Shown here piece by piece: positions 1 to 8,161 of a DNA stretch of 64,000 bases. Source of the DNA: a virus; the IMG/VR virus record IMGVR_UViG_3300043568_002887, positions 4,261-68,260 of that record, one strand, 5' to 3'. Every line of letters starts with the position of its first letter. Positions within the stretch are counted from its first letter, which is position 1. Under the pieces are notes generated by a model, which did not search any database, was not told the origin of the DNA, and worked only from the letters and a program-made list of their open reading frames with translations. The translations under genes were made by a program, and so were the position numbers.

Positions 1-726
1 CGTTCAGCAATACTCGGAGGTTCTGGAAATAATATGACATGTAATTATTCAGGAGCATTTGGTTGTAATATTACCTCAGTCGCAGCATGTACCTTCCACG
101 TAAATAATCTTTCAGTTTATAATACACCAGCAGCAGACGAAACAAATACTGCAGTACTAGTTAGAGAAGTATCAACTGGTCTTATTAAGACTAGAACACT
201 TCCAGCAGCTGCAACATACGGACTATATACTCAAACAAATACAAGTACACCAATCACAGCAACGGATTCTGAACTATCACTATTAGATGGTGGTTTAGGC
301 ACTCTTACAATTCCTGCAAATGGATTTAAAGTAGGAGATAGCTTTACTGGTGTATTGATAGGCCACTTATCTTGTGTAGGTACAGCTACTTTGCAAATTA
401 GAGTTAAAACTGCGTCAGGAATATTACTAGCAGATACAGGAGCAATGGCAATGAGTCTTACTGCAAATAAGCATTGGAAATTAAATGTTGATTTTACTGT
501 AAGACAATTAGGAGCAGCTACTGTAGCTTCTATAGCATCAGGAGGATTGTTTGCATATACTAAGAATTCAGGCCTTAACTTTGAAGGAGTAAATTTTAGT
601 TTAGTAGAAAACACAACTTTTGATACTACTATATTAAATACACTTGTTATCACTGCTCAGTGGAATACTAATAACGCAGGAAATTCAATTTATTCAGAAA
701 TATTCACATTAAGTAAGACTTATTAA
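1..726 (+). CDS. Gly-rich repeat fibre-like protein, C-terminal part (5' truncated by window)
   Basis: Frame is open from base 1 (RSAILGGSGNNMTCNYSGAFG). Shares the terminal repeat with 740..1969, then has a distinct beta-rich C-terminal domain. Confidence 0.6.
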   Translation, partial: RSAILGGSGNNMTCNYSGAFGCNITSVAACTFHVNNLSVYNTPAADETNTAVLVREVSTGLIKTRTLPAAATYGLYTQTNTSTPITATDSELSLLDGGLGTLTIPANGFKVGDSFTGVLIGHLSCVGTATLQIRVKTASGILLADTGAMAMSLTANKHWKLNVDFTVRQLGAATVASIASGGLFAYTKNSGLNFEGVNFSLVENTTFDTTILNTLVITAQWNTNNAGNSIYSEIFTLSKTY

Positions 727-739
727 AAAATAGATAATT

Positions 740-1969
740 ATGTATAAATCAGGTATAGAAATACCAAAAGTATCTTTCTCAACTATCACATATGCTAACA
801 TTCCATTAGGCAGTTACCTATTTGGATTTGACCTAGATAATGCAGGTGCTTTATCTAAAATAGATAGTACTGGAACTGTTACAGTAATTGAAGGCGGAGG
901 TGGCGGAGGTGGCATTATTGATGTTGGTGGCGCAAGCTGCTCTACTATAAGAATCGATAATGGCAATACTGCAAGTGCAAGTTGTTCTACTGTATTTGGA
1001 TATAATAATACTGCTTCTACGTATAGCCAATATGCAACTATTGGTGGAGGCTGTGGAAACACTGCAGGATATACAGCAACAGTCAGTGGAGGTAGAGGAA
1101 ATAGTGCAAGTGGAAGTGGAGGGACTATCGCAGGTGGATGTAATAATGCTGTGTGTACTTCGTATCCTACTATTGGTGGAGGATATGGAAATACTGTAAG
1201 TTGTATATATTCAACAATTGGTGGAGGCTGTAATAACATAGTAAGTGGATATGCTTCAACTATTAGTGGAGGTACCTGTAATTTCCTAAATTCTCAATAT
1301 TCTAGTATTGGCGGAGGTCTATGTAATCATAATGCACCAAATTCAAATTATTCAACTATTAGTGGTGGAAATGGTAATTGTGTAGCTGGAGGAAGCTCAA
1401 CAGTCGGTGGTGGATTTTGTAATACTGCAAATAACTCGTATTCAACAGTCGGTGGTGGATTTTGTAATACTGCAAATGGATATGGATCAATTATTGGCGG
1501 AGGAAATCGAAATAGTGCAAGTGGATACTGCTCAACCGTAGGCGGAGGATTCTGTAATTTAGCAAGTAGTCTTAATTCAACGATTAGCGGAGGATGTTGT
1601 AATAGTATTATAGCAACTGCCCAATATTCAACTATTAGTGGTGGATATTGTAATAGTTCAACTGATGGCGGAACAGCGTCAGCTGTTGGCGGAGGAATAT
1701 GTAATCGAGCTGGGCAATATGCAGTAGTTGGTGGAGGCTGTAATAACATAGCTAGTGGACCATACTCATCTATTCTTGGAGGTAGTGGAAATACCATGAC
1801 TGGTTCCTATTCAGGAGCATTTGGTTGTAATATTACCTCAGGTGCTGGATGTACATTTCATACAAATAAGTTATTTGCAGACAGCTTACCAGATACTTCT
1901 GCTGGACTATCTGCTGGAATGATTTATCGATGTTCAGCTGAAGGTAATAGATTGTACGTAGCTGTATAA
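740..1969 (+). CDS. Gly/Cys-rich ~15-aa repeat beta-solenoid (YadA-head-like) fibre protein
   Basis: About 20 repeats of the form N-x-A-S-G-x-x-S-T-[IV]-[GS]-G-G-x-C. N-terminal domain is shared with 1995..3194. Confidence 0.65.
   Translation: MYKSGIEIPKVSFSTITYANIPLGSYLFGFDLDNAGALSKIDSTGTVTVIEGGGGGGGIIDVGGASCSTIRIDNGNTASASCSTVFGYNNTASTYSQYATIGGGCGNTAGYTATVSGGRGNSASGSGGTIAGGCNNAVCTSYPTIGGGYGNTVSCIYSTIGGGCNNIVSGYASTISGGTCNFLNSQYSSIGGGLCNHNAPNSNYSTISGGNGNCVAGGSSTVGGGFCNTANNSYSTVGGGFCNTANGYGSIIGGGNRNSASGYCSTVGGGFCNLASSLNSTISGGCCNSIIATAQYSTISGGYCNSSTDGGTASAVGGGICNRAGQYAVVGGGCNNIASGPYSSILGGSGNTMTGSYSGAFGCNITSGAGCTFHTNKLFADSLPDTSAGLSAGMIYRCSAEGNRLYVAV
1397..1477 (+). repeat. Tandem 36-bp identical copies, 45-bp period
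   Basis: TCAACAGTCGGTGGTGGATTTTGTAATACTGCAAAT at 1397-1432 and 1442-1477. Confidence 0.85.
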
Positions 1970-1994
1970 TAAATAATAAAAAAATTAAACGTAA

Positions 1995-3194
1995 ATGTAC
2001 GGATCAGGAATGGAAATGCCTAAAGTTTCTTTTGCAGCAATTGACTGTAGTCAAATCGCTGCAGGTAGTTACTTTGTTGGATTTAACTTGGATACATCAG
2101 GAGCTCTTTCTAAAATGGACTCAAGTGGGACAGTTACTCTAATGGAAGGTTCTGGTGTAGTTAATACTGGTTCAGGAACATACTCAACATATAGAATAAG
2201 TACAAGTAACACTGCAAGTGGAGACTATTCAACAGTATTTGGTTACACAAACACAGCTAGCGGATATGGTTCAAATATCCCAGGAGGATATAATAATACT
2301 GTAAACTTTGACTTATCTACTGTTTCTGGAGGATATGGAAATACTTCAAGTGGATACTATTCAGTAGTTGGTGGAGGAGCATATAACACAGCCCTATCTG
2401 ACTATTCAACAGTTAGTGGAGGATACAATAACTCAGCTATAGATATCTCAACTACTGTTTCTGGAGGATATAGTAATAGTGCAGGCGGAATTGGTTCTAC
2501 CGTTTCTGGCGGAGTACTTAATACTGCATCTGGTTATCAGGCAACAATCGGTGGAGGATATAGTAACTCAGCAAGCGGATACTGCCGTGCCACTGTTAGT
2601 GGAGGATATAGTAATACTGCAAGTGGATACTATTATGCAACTGTTAGTGGAGGATATAATAATACTGCAAGTGGATATTATCCATCAACTGTTGGAGGAG
2701 GCCAGAGCAATGTTGCAAGTGGAAGTCACTCAACGATTAGCGGAGGATCTAGTAATACTGCAAGTGGAAGTCACTCAACGATTAGTGGAGGAGGTTGTAA
2801 TACTGCAAGTGGTGGACTTTCATTTATTGGAGGAGGATCATGCAGTGTAGCTTGTGATAATTATGCAATAGTAGTTGGAGGATATCAAAATACAGCAAGC
2901 GGTCAGTATTCAGCAATACTTGGAGGATACTGTAATATCTCTTTAGGAACAAGATCGATTATTGGAGGAGGATATTGCAATACTGCAAGTGGAAATTATT
3001 CTGGAATACTTGGAGGATTTGGAAATAATACAAATTGTTGTAATTGTGCCTTTATCATAGGCTCAGGAATTACAGCAGACTCTGTATGTACCACATTTGT
3101 TAACTGTTTATCAATTAAGAGTATTCCAACTACTTCAGCTGGACTCTGTGCTGGAATGATATGGAGTGATTCAGGAAAACTATGTATTGTATAA
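1995..3194 (+). CDS. Gly-rich ~15-aa repeat beta-solenoid fibre protein, paralog of 740..1969
   Basis: NTASGxYSTVSGGY repeats. N-terminus MYGSGMEMPKVSF matches MYKSGIEIPKVSF; C-terminus ends in a similar PTTSAGLxAGMI segment. Confidence 0.65.
   Translation: MYGSGMEMPKVSFAAIDCSQIAAGSYFVGFNLDTSGALSKMDSSGTVTLMEGSGVVNTGSGTYSTYRISTSNTASGDYSTVFGYTNTASGYGSNIPGGYNNTVNFDLSTVSGGYGNTSSGYYSVVGGGAYNTALSDYSTVSGGYNNSAIDISTTVSGGYSNSAGGIGSTVSGGVLNTASGYQATIGGGYSNSASGYCRATVSGGYSNTASGYYYATVSGGYNNTASGYYPSTVGGGQSNVASGSHSTISGGSSNTASGSHSTISGGGCNTASGGLSFIGGGSCSVACDNYAIVVGGYQNTASGQYSAILGGYCNISLGTRSIIGGGYCNTASGNYSGILGGFGNNTNCCNCAFIIGSGITADSVCTTFVNCLSIKSIPTTSAGLCAGMIWSDSGKLCIV
2714..2785 (+). repeat. Tandem 27-bp identical copies, 45-bp period
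   Basis: TGCAAGTGGAAGTCACTCAACGATTAG at 2714-2740 and 2759-2785. Confidence 0.85.
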
Positions 3195-3211
3195 AAAATA
3201 AGGATTAGGAA

Positions 3212-3688
3212 ATGACAGAAATTATAAATTTTGACAGTTTAAATATTATATCAGTTAGGGTGCCCGCTCGATTAGCCGAAAGAGGACCTGCACCTGGACC
3301 TCAAACACCCTATTTAGGTAGACTTAAGTATGTTATTGCAGGGGATGTAACATATACAACGTCAGTTGTGATATCTGAAAATGCAGTAGACGTACTTGGT
3401 TTCTCAGATGTTTATACAGCTCTTCAGCAATATGTAGCAACTATACTTGGACAAGAGAGAGCACCTACCCTTGGATCAATCTATTTTACTCAAACTACAG
3501 TAACTGTTAGATTAGGCAATCAAAGAAACGCACTGGCATCTCCACCAAGTCTTAGACAAACTAATTCTAACTTAGTAAAGGTTCCATTTTCAGAAATTAG
3601 TGCAGCTTTTAGTAACTTGATGATTACCTTTGTTAACAATATAGACACTCAAGCTAGAACAGAGGTAAGACCAGATCCTCGTCAATAA
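3212..3688 (+). CDS. Hypothetical protein
   Basis: 158-aa ORF directly after the fibre genes; no motif recognised. Confidence 0.6.
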   Translation: MTEIINFDSLNIISVRVPARLAERGPAPGPQTPYLGRLKYVIAGDVTYTTSVVISENAVDVLGFSDVYTALQQYVATILGQERAPTLGSIYFTQTTVTVRLGNQRNALASPPSLRQTNSNLVKVPFSEISAAFSNLMITFVNNIDTQARTEVRPDPRQ

Positions 3689-4497
3689 TACTTAAACTCG
3701 TCATAGAACCACTTGTAATTAGTCTTAATCCAGTTACATGCGCCTTGACCTAGTATCTCTTTGTAATCTACTTTTAGAGGTTCAAGCTTTTTACGAATTT
3801 GGTGATCTCCATACATTCCATACACTGCATCGTCTTCTTGTGTGATCTGTTCTATATTATCAAAATCATGATCAAAATAAGGTAGACTAAGATACTCGTA
3901 AATCTTCTTCATTTCTGGTATAGGATTCTTTGCCAAGTCTTCATATTTAATAAAGAGCATCTTTTTATCGACGCCTTCCTTAAATACTTGTTGTAGTCGC
4001 TCAATAGCTAATCCTACTGGTTGACCTGCAGCCCAAATATCTATTCTTTTTTCAGTACTAGTACCTGTCATGTTTGCATGATTTACAATTCCTGAATCCA
4101 AGTGTTGATTCTTACGAAAGTTTTTCTCCATTGATGCAAAGATTCCTCTAAGATCCCTAACCATACAGATAATCTTAGGCTCAGGATAGAACGAATTTAG
4201 GAAGCCATGGTGTACTCCCCAACCTCTGCTCTTATCTAGGACATATGGCTTATCAGTTACGCCATTAAAGAATCCTAATACTCCATCATGACAGAATTGA
4301 GTAAAACCAGATCGCATTAGGGATGAGTCCTGTGCTTTGAACTCAGGAGAATTAGTGTAATTGTTTCTGGCCGCATATACTAATTCTAGGACACCTGAAG
4401 TAGGAGTAACATAGAAGTCCGGATTTTGGCCGATAATATTTTGTAGGAGAGTCGAACCGGCTCTAGGCAGAGAGGATTGAAAGAATAACTGTTTCAT
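3682..4497 (-). CDS. PAPS-dependent sulfotransferase
   Basis: 5'-PSB loop SLPRAGSTLL, 3'-PB motif MVRDLRGIFAS, and KYEDL motif. Confidence 0.9.
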   Translation of the reverse strand: MKQLFFQSSLPRAGSTLLQNIIGQNPDFYVTPTSGVLELVYAARNNYTNSPEFKAQDSSLMRSGFTQFCHDGVLGFFNGVTDKPYVLDKSRGWGVHHGFLNSFYPEPKIICMVRDLRGIFASMEKNFRKNQHLDSGIVNHANMTGTSTEKRIDIWAAGQPVGLAIERLQQVFKEGVDKKMLFIKYEDLAKNPIPEMKKIYEYLSLPYFDHDFDNIEQITQEDDAVYGMYGDHQIRKKLEPLKVDYKEILGQGACNWIKTNYKWFYDEFKYY

Positions 4498-5129
4498 AAT
4501 ATGTTGGATTCGTAATTTTTATTTTGCACTATTTGATTAAATGGCTGAACTATTCGAATACGATACTTTCCTATTGAGGTATGGTTATAACTCATATGTT
4601 GAATTACTTTAGCATAGAAATTATCAATCTCCATACCAGAGTGTTCTCCCATTTCTAGAATATCATCGTATAGATTTGCAGAGACTCCATATGCATGAGC
4701 ACACACTATTTGGTTTCTAAAAAATGGTTCAACAAGTCCACCGAAATAGAGCATGTCCCAGTCATTAAGTATCTCTTGATTTATGGTAAGAAGTTCATTT
4801 GGATCTACTAAGAATTCGATATCATCCTCTAGGATCAAGACTCTACTGTATCCATGAGCCTTAGCATACTTGACTGCATTAAGGTGTGCTCTTCTACAAC
4901 CAAGCTGACCTTTAATGTACTTTTCATCGTTCTTTATAAAGTTACGATAGGTGATCGGCTCAGACAAATCTATTAAGTCGCTGCCTGCAATCCTTTGAAA
5001 ATTAGTAATTCCAAACTTTTCAAACTGCTGAATCATACCCAAATTACGGGAGACGTCCTTATCCATATTAATGTATAAGATCTTGTCAAAATACTCGTTG
5101 ATGTTTACTGGACGATACGTAAAATCCAT
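4494..5129 (-). CDS. Glycosyltransferase, GT25-like
   Basis: YINMDKDVSR, LGCRRAH, LILEDD and WDMLYFG motifs. Confidence 0.85.
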   Translation of the reverse strand: MDFTYRPVNINEYFDKILYINMDKDVSRNLGMIQQFEKFGITNFQRIAGSDLIDLSEPITYRNFIKNDEKYIKGQLGCRRAHLNAVKYAKAHGYSRVLILEDDIEFLVDPNELLTINQEILNDWDMLYFGGLVEPFFRNQIVCAHAYGVSANLYDDILEMGEHSGMEIDNFYAKVIQHMSYNHTSIGKYRIRIVQPFNQIVQNKNYESNIL

Positions 5130-6019
5130 TATATTGAATTTAAAATTTCAGCTGAGTCAAAAATATTTAGGTCAAGCAGAGGACACTCATGATTTGCACC
5201 ATGGAAGTTATAGTCAAATAGGTAACTATCTGGTAATTTAACTTCGCTTGGAAGCTGTGCTACAATATTATTGTGTAATTCATATCCAAATATCTTAGGT
5301 GATGTGCCTACCCATAATACGGTGGATTTTAGGTTTAGCGCAGCAGCAGCATGTTGGATACTTGAATCAATTAGGACCCTCTTTTCTGAGAAGAGAAGCA
5401 GTGATAATAACTCCATATTTGACATAGGTTCAAAAATAGCCTCTGCTCCAGGAATAGCCTGTTCTGGTGCTCTACATATTTGAATAACATGATAGTTTTG
5501 ATTAAGGTATGATACTACGTCATTTGAAATATGAGAAGGGATATCTCTAGTCCATGAATAAAGATATGGCTGTTCAGTTAAAGGCCCGCCGTTCGTTTGG
5601 ATTACAGCAATCGGTCGATCTCTCTTCCATTTCTTGAATCCATACTGTTGTTGACGGATATTAAATACTAATTCAGGCGATTCTCCTGAAAATTCTAAAT
5701 TATATAACTTACACCAGTTTTCAATTAGTGGTAACTCCTTATGGATATGTTCGCTTGTAAAATAAGGTTCATGCTTAAAGATTAAGCTATCCTTTCCATC
5801 AATAAAATCTTTATAGAAGTATGGGGTTCCACCAATTCTATAAACTCGATCCACAAATGGTAGATTTAGGAAGATTTCAGGATAGGCACAAACAATAATT
5901 AGTTCGCGATCAGGATGATTATTTTTGATACATTTAGCTACTGCCGTTGCCGCAATATGTTTTCCAAGACCACCTTCTAGGTGGAATACTGAAAATTTAC
6001 TTGTTTGTTTCTTTGCCAT
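5129..6019 (-). CDS. Glycosyltransferase, GT9 (heptosyltransferase)-like GT-B fold
   Basis: GGLGKHIAAT N-terminal motif and IDSSIQHAAAALNLKSTVLW C-terminal motif. Confidence 0.75.
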   Translation of the reverse strand: MAKKQTSKFSVFHLEGGLGKHIAATAVAKCIKNNHPDRELIIVCAYPEIFLNLPFVDRVYRIGGTPYFYKDFIDGKDSLIFKHEPYFTSEHIHKELPLIENWCKLYNLEFSGESPELVFNIRQQQYGFKKWKRDRPIAVIQTNGGPLTEQPYLYSWTRDIPSHISNDVVSYLNQNYHVIQICRAPEQAIPGAEAIFEPMSNMELLSLLLFSEKRVLIDSSIQHAAAALNLKSTVLWVGTSPKIFGYELHNNIVAQLPSEVKLPDSYLFDYNFHGANHECPLLDLNIFDSAEILNSI

Positions 6020-6425
6020 CGATTTGTTTATTTTTTAGTAATTTTTCAAGAAGATCATGTGCTTTTGGATCGACTAGCCATTTCCAATCTGTTTCACCAG
6101 AAACTATTTGTCGTCTAATTTCAGTAGCTGATACATTAGCTATTGCTGTGCTAACTTTTATCTCAGTTACCTCATATCCAACACCTCTTCCATAGTTTAC
6201 ACTAGCAATATCTGGTATGATAATGATTTTAACGAGAGGATTATTTGCATAGATTTGTGCCCATACTTGTAAAACTTCATTTGCAGTAAATGGATTGTTT
6301 TCGTCAGGTGCAACGTCTCTAATTGCAATTAACAGAGGTAAACCCTTTTCTAAGTATTCATTAAAGATGGTCATGTGACCTTTGTGTGGTGCTTGATAGC
6401 GACCGATAAACATATTATACGTCAT
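5997..6425 (-). CDS. HxGH nucleotidyltransferase (cytidylyltransferase-like); candidate minimal ATP sulfurylase
   Basis: FIGRYQAPHKGH, YGRGVGY and VSATEIR motifs. Family is supported by motifs; the specific activity is inferred from gene context. Confidence 0.7.
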   Translation of the reverse strand: MTYNMFIGRYQAPHKGHMTIFNEYLEKGLPLLIAIRDVAPDENNPFTANEVLQVWAQIYANNPLVKIIIIPDIASVNYGRGVGYEVTEIKVSTAIANVSATEIRRQIVSGETDWKWLVDPKAHDLLEKLLKNKQIDGKETNK

Positions 6426-6883
6426 AGTCTCTCTTTTTTTACTTTTTGAATTCCAAAAGGAATATGGTACCAGATTCTTTCGTGAATATAGTAGGTAAAT
6501 ATCTTAATTAAGAAATCAGCAACTCCAATTGAGAAGCCGATCCGAGTATCTCCTAAAATAAGGGATGCAATTAGTGCTGTGATACATGATGAGTAAATCC
6601 TATAAGTTAGTGACTTTAAAAGGTGTCGCTTATGACTTATCCACTTAGCACTATCACGTAGGATAACTTTATCCCCTTCCCAAACAATTAGGTCAGGCTC
6701 ACAACTAATGTGGAATTTTTTTCCAACACCTTCAATAAAATCATCAGTTGTAACACTAGGAACAAGAACATCAACATTTGATGCAAGGTGTTCGTACCCA
6801 TCAATTACGACTCTCCATTTTAGAGGGCTTTCACCAGCGACAGTATTATATCTAATCTTAACCTTTTTTCCCATGTGTCTCAA
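6422..6883 (-). CDS. DUF2061-like membrane domain fused to an unknown N-terminal domain
   Basis: KRHLLKSLTYR...KIFTYYIHERIW pattern with two hydrophobic helices. Confidence 0.7.
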   Translation of the reverse strand: MRHMGKKVKIRYNTVAGESPLKWRVVIDGYEHLASNVDVLVPSVTTDDFIEGVGKKFHISCEPDLIVWEGDKVILRDSAKWISHKRHLLKSLTYRIYSSCITALIASLILGDTRIGFSIGVADFLIKIFTYYIHERIWYHIPFGIQKVKKERL

Positions 6884-7301
6884 TTATGTATAATAGAATA
6901 GAATCAATACAAGTATCTAGCTCGTGATCAGTATTTACGGGTAGGAAATCTTCAAGTGGTACAACATAATTTAGTGCAAAGAAATTTTCACGACCTCTGA
7001 TTTGAGTAGTAGTTAAGTATATTTCTGCAACCTTTGCTTGTGCTTTAAGCTCTTCGCGTAAATCTAGGTATGGACTAATTAGGGCAATAATTGGAGTAAA
7101 TCCTTTCTTGTCGAGGAACCGAGCAATATTATATGCATTTGTAATATTTTTACGCCTGCCCTCTTCGCTATAATCTTTATTTACGAATATTTCTCTAAGT
7201 TCGTCTCCATCAATAAGGATGGGATTCTTTACGAGTTTAGCTATCTCATTAGAGAGAGTAGTCTTACCAGATCCTGCCTGGCCTGTGATATTAATGATCA
7301 A
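6858..7301 (-). CDS. cysC: Adenylylsulfate (APS) kinase, compact form
   Basis: P-loop GQAGSGKTT, IDGDELR, DYSEEGR and ISPYLDLRE motifs; TTG start. Confidence 0.85.
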   Translation of the reverse strand: MIINITGQAGSGKTTLSNEIAKLVKNPILIDGDELREIFVNKDYSEEGRRKNITNAYNIARFLDKKGFTPIIALISPYLDLREELKAQAKVAEIYLTTTQIRGRENFFALNYVVPLEDFLPVNTDHELDTCIDSILLYIIETHGKKG

Positions 7302-7323
7302 AATACTTGATTATTTTGATATA

Positions 7324-7351
7324 ATATACTCTAAAGTGGATTACTGGTTTT
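7324..7351 (-). promoter_or_regulatory. Putative promoter, AAC-N17-GTA class, upstream of the sulfation cassette
   Basis: Minus strand reads AAAAC-CAGTAATCCACTTTAGA-GTATAT; motif recurs in other intergenic gaps. Confidence 0.55.
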
Positions 7352-7899
7352 TAATTAAAATCTAATTCAATATCAAAATCAAAGTAGACGAATTTTGCAG
7401 TAAATGTTGCAAATTCAGGAGTTGCTGAACTATATGAAAGTTTGAATCCGTCTTGAGCCTTAAGAATAGGCCGTTTAAAGATAATCGAAGATACTAAATA
7501 TCCTTCATTATCTAATAGAGAGAGCCTCATTGGAGAGAAGGTCTGCTGTTTATTTGAAAAATCTAGGTATTTTAGAGAGTTCTCTAAAAAGATAAAGTAG
7601 TTTAGGTAAGCATCAGTCAATTTAAAAGTTATAGTAAACTCTCTAGTAAATAAGTCGACTACTTGAGTAGAGTTCTTATAATCTTGTTTCTTACCAAATA
7701 ATCTAGTTTGTGTAACTGGATCCATCGTCCATCCTGGAAAATCAATTGATTGCACGGTGGCTGACATGAACTCGTCAATAGTATCGTACGGAAGTATTAA
7801 ACTTTGATAATATTTCTTGTATTTTTCCTTGATTTCAGGTGCAAAGAAATCTGGTGGAAAATTAAATATGAATCCATTCTGTCTTACGTTAAGTAGCAT
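7351..7899 (-). CDS. Tail tube / baseplate-tube (gp19/gp54-like) protein
   Basis: Size, VQSIDFPG...REFTITF...FTAKFVY beta pattern and position near gp15/gp14-like genes. Confidence 0.45.
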   Translation of the reverse strand: MLLNVRQNGFIFNFPPDFFAPEIKEKYKKYYQSLILPYDTIDEFMSATVQSIDFPGWTMDPVTQTRLFGKKQDYKNSTQVVDLFTREFTITFKLTDAYLNYFIFLENSLKYLDFSNKQQTFSPMRLSLLDNEGYLVSSIIFKRPILKAQDGFKLSYSSATPEFATFTAKFVYFDFDIELDFN

Positions 7900-8161
7900 A
7901 TGTTATTTTACTTTTTACTATTTTTATTTTTAATGTGTCAGTTCCTTTTATCAACCTATGCCATTCACCCATTGAAATAAACACTGGTGAATTTAGGCTT
8001 TGTGGAAGTCTATTCTCTAGCTGAATTAGCCAATCAGTTTCTTCTACTGCAACCACTGTTCTGTATTCGTCATCGCGATGCCATTTTAATTCAATTGGAT
8101 CGATTGATTCATCAAATGTTCGAATCACATATTCTTCTAATTCAAGGTCACTATAAATCAT
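7889..8161 (-). CDS. Small cupin-like conserved phage protein
   Basis: WHRD...WHRLIKG pattern. Likely start is the ATG at 8161, in a TAATG overlap with the upstream stop. Confidence 0.6.
   Translation of the reverse strand: MIYSDLELEEYVIRTFDESIDPIELKWHRDDEYRTVVAVEETDWLIQLENRLPQSLNSPVFISMGEWHRLIKGTDTLKIKIVKSKITYAT

Noticed and set aside
1397-2785. CRISPR array from 27-36 bp direct repeats
   Set aside because: Only two copies each, 45-bp period with 9-18 bp gaps, inside coding repeats; no cas operon.
1-3194. Diversity-generating retroelement template/variable repeat pair
   Set aside because: Repeat copies are in-frame coding paralogs, mismatches are not confined to adenines, and no reverse transcriptase is in the window.
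740-3194. Ice-nucleation or antifreeze protein
   Set aside because: Lacks the AGYGSTxT 16-mer and regular TxT/TCT arrays; a fibre-type solenoid explains the repeats better.
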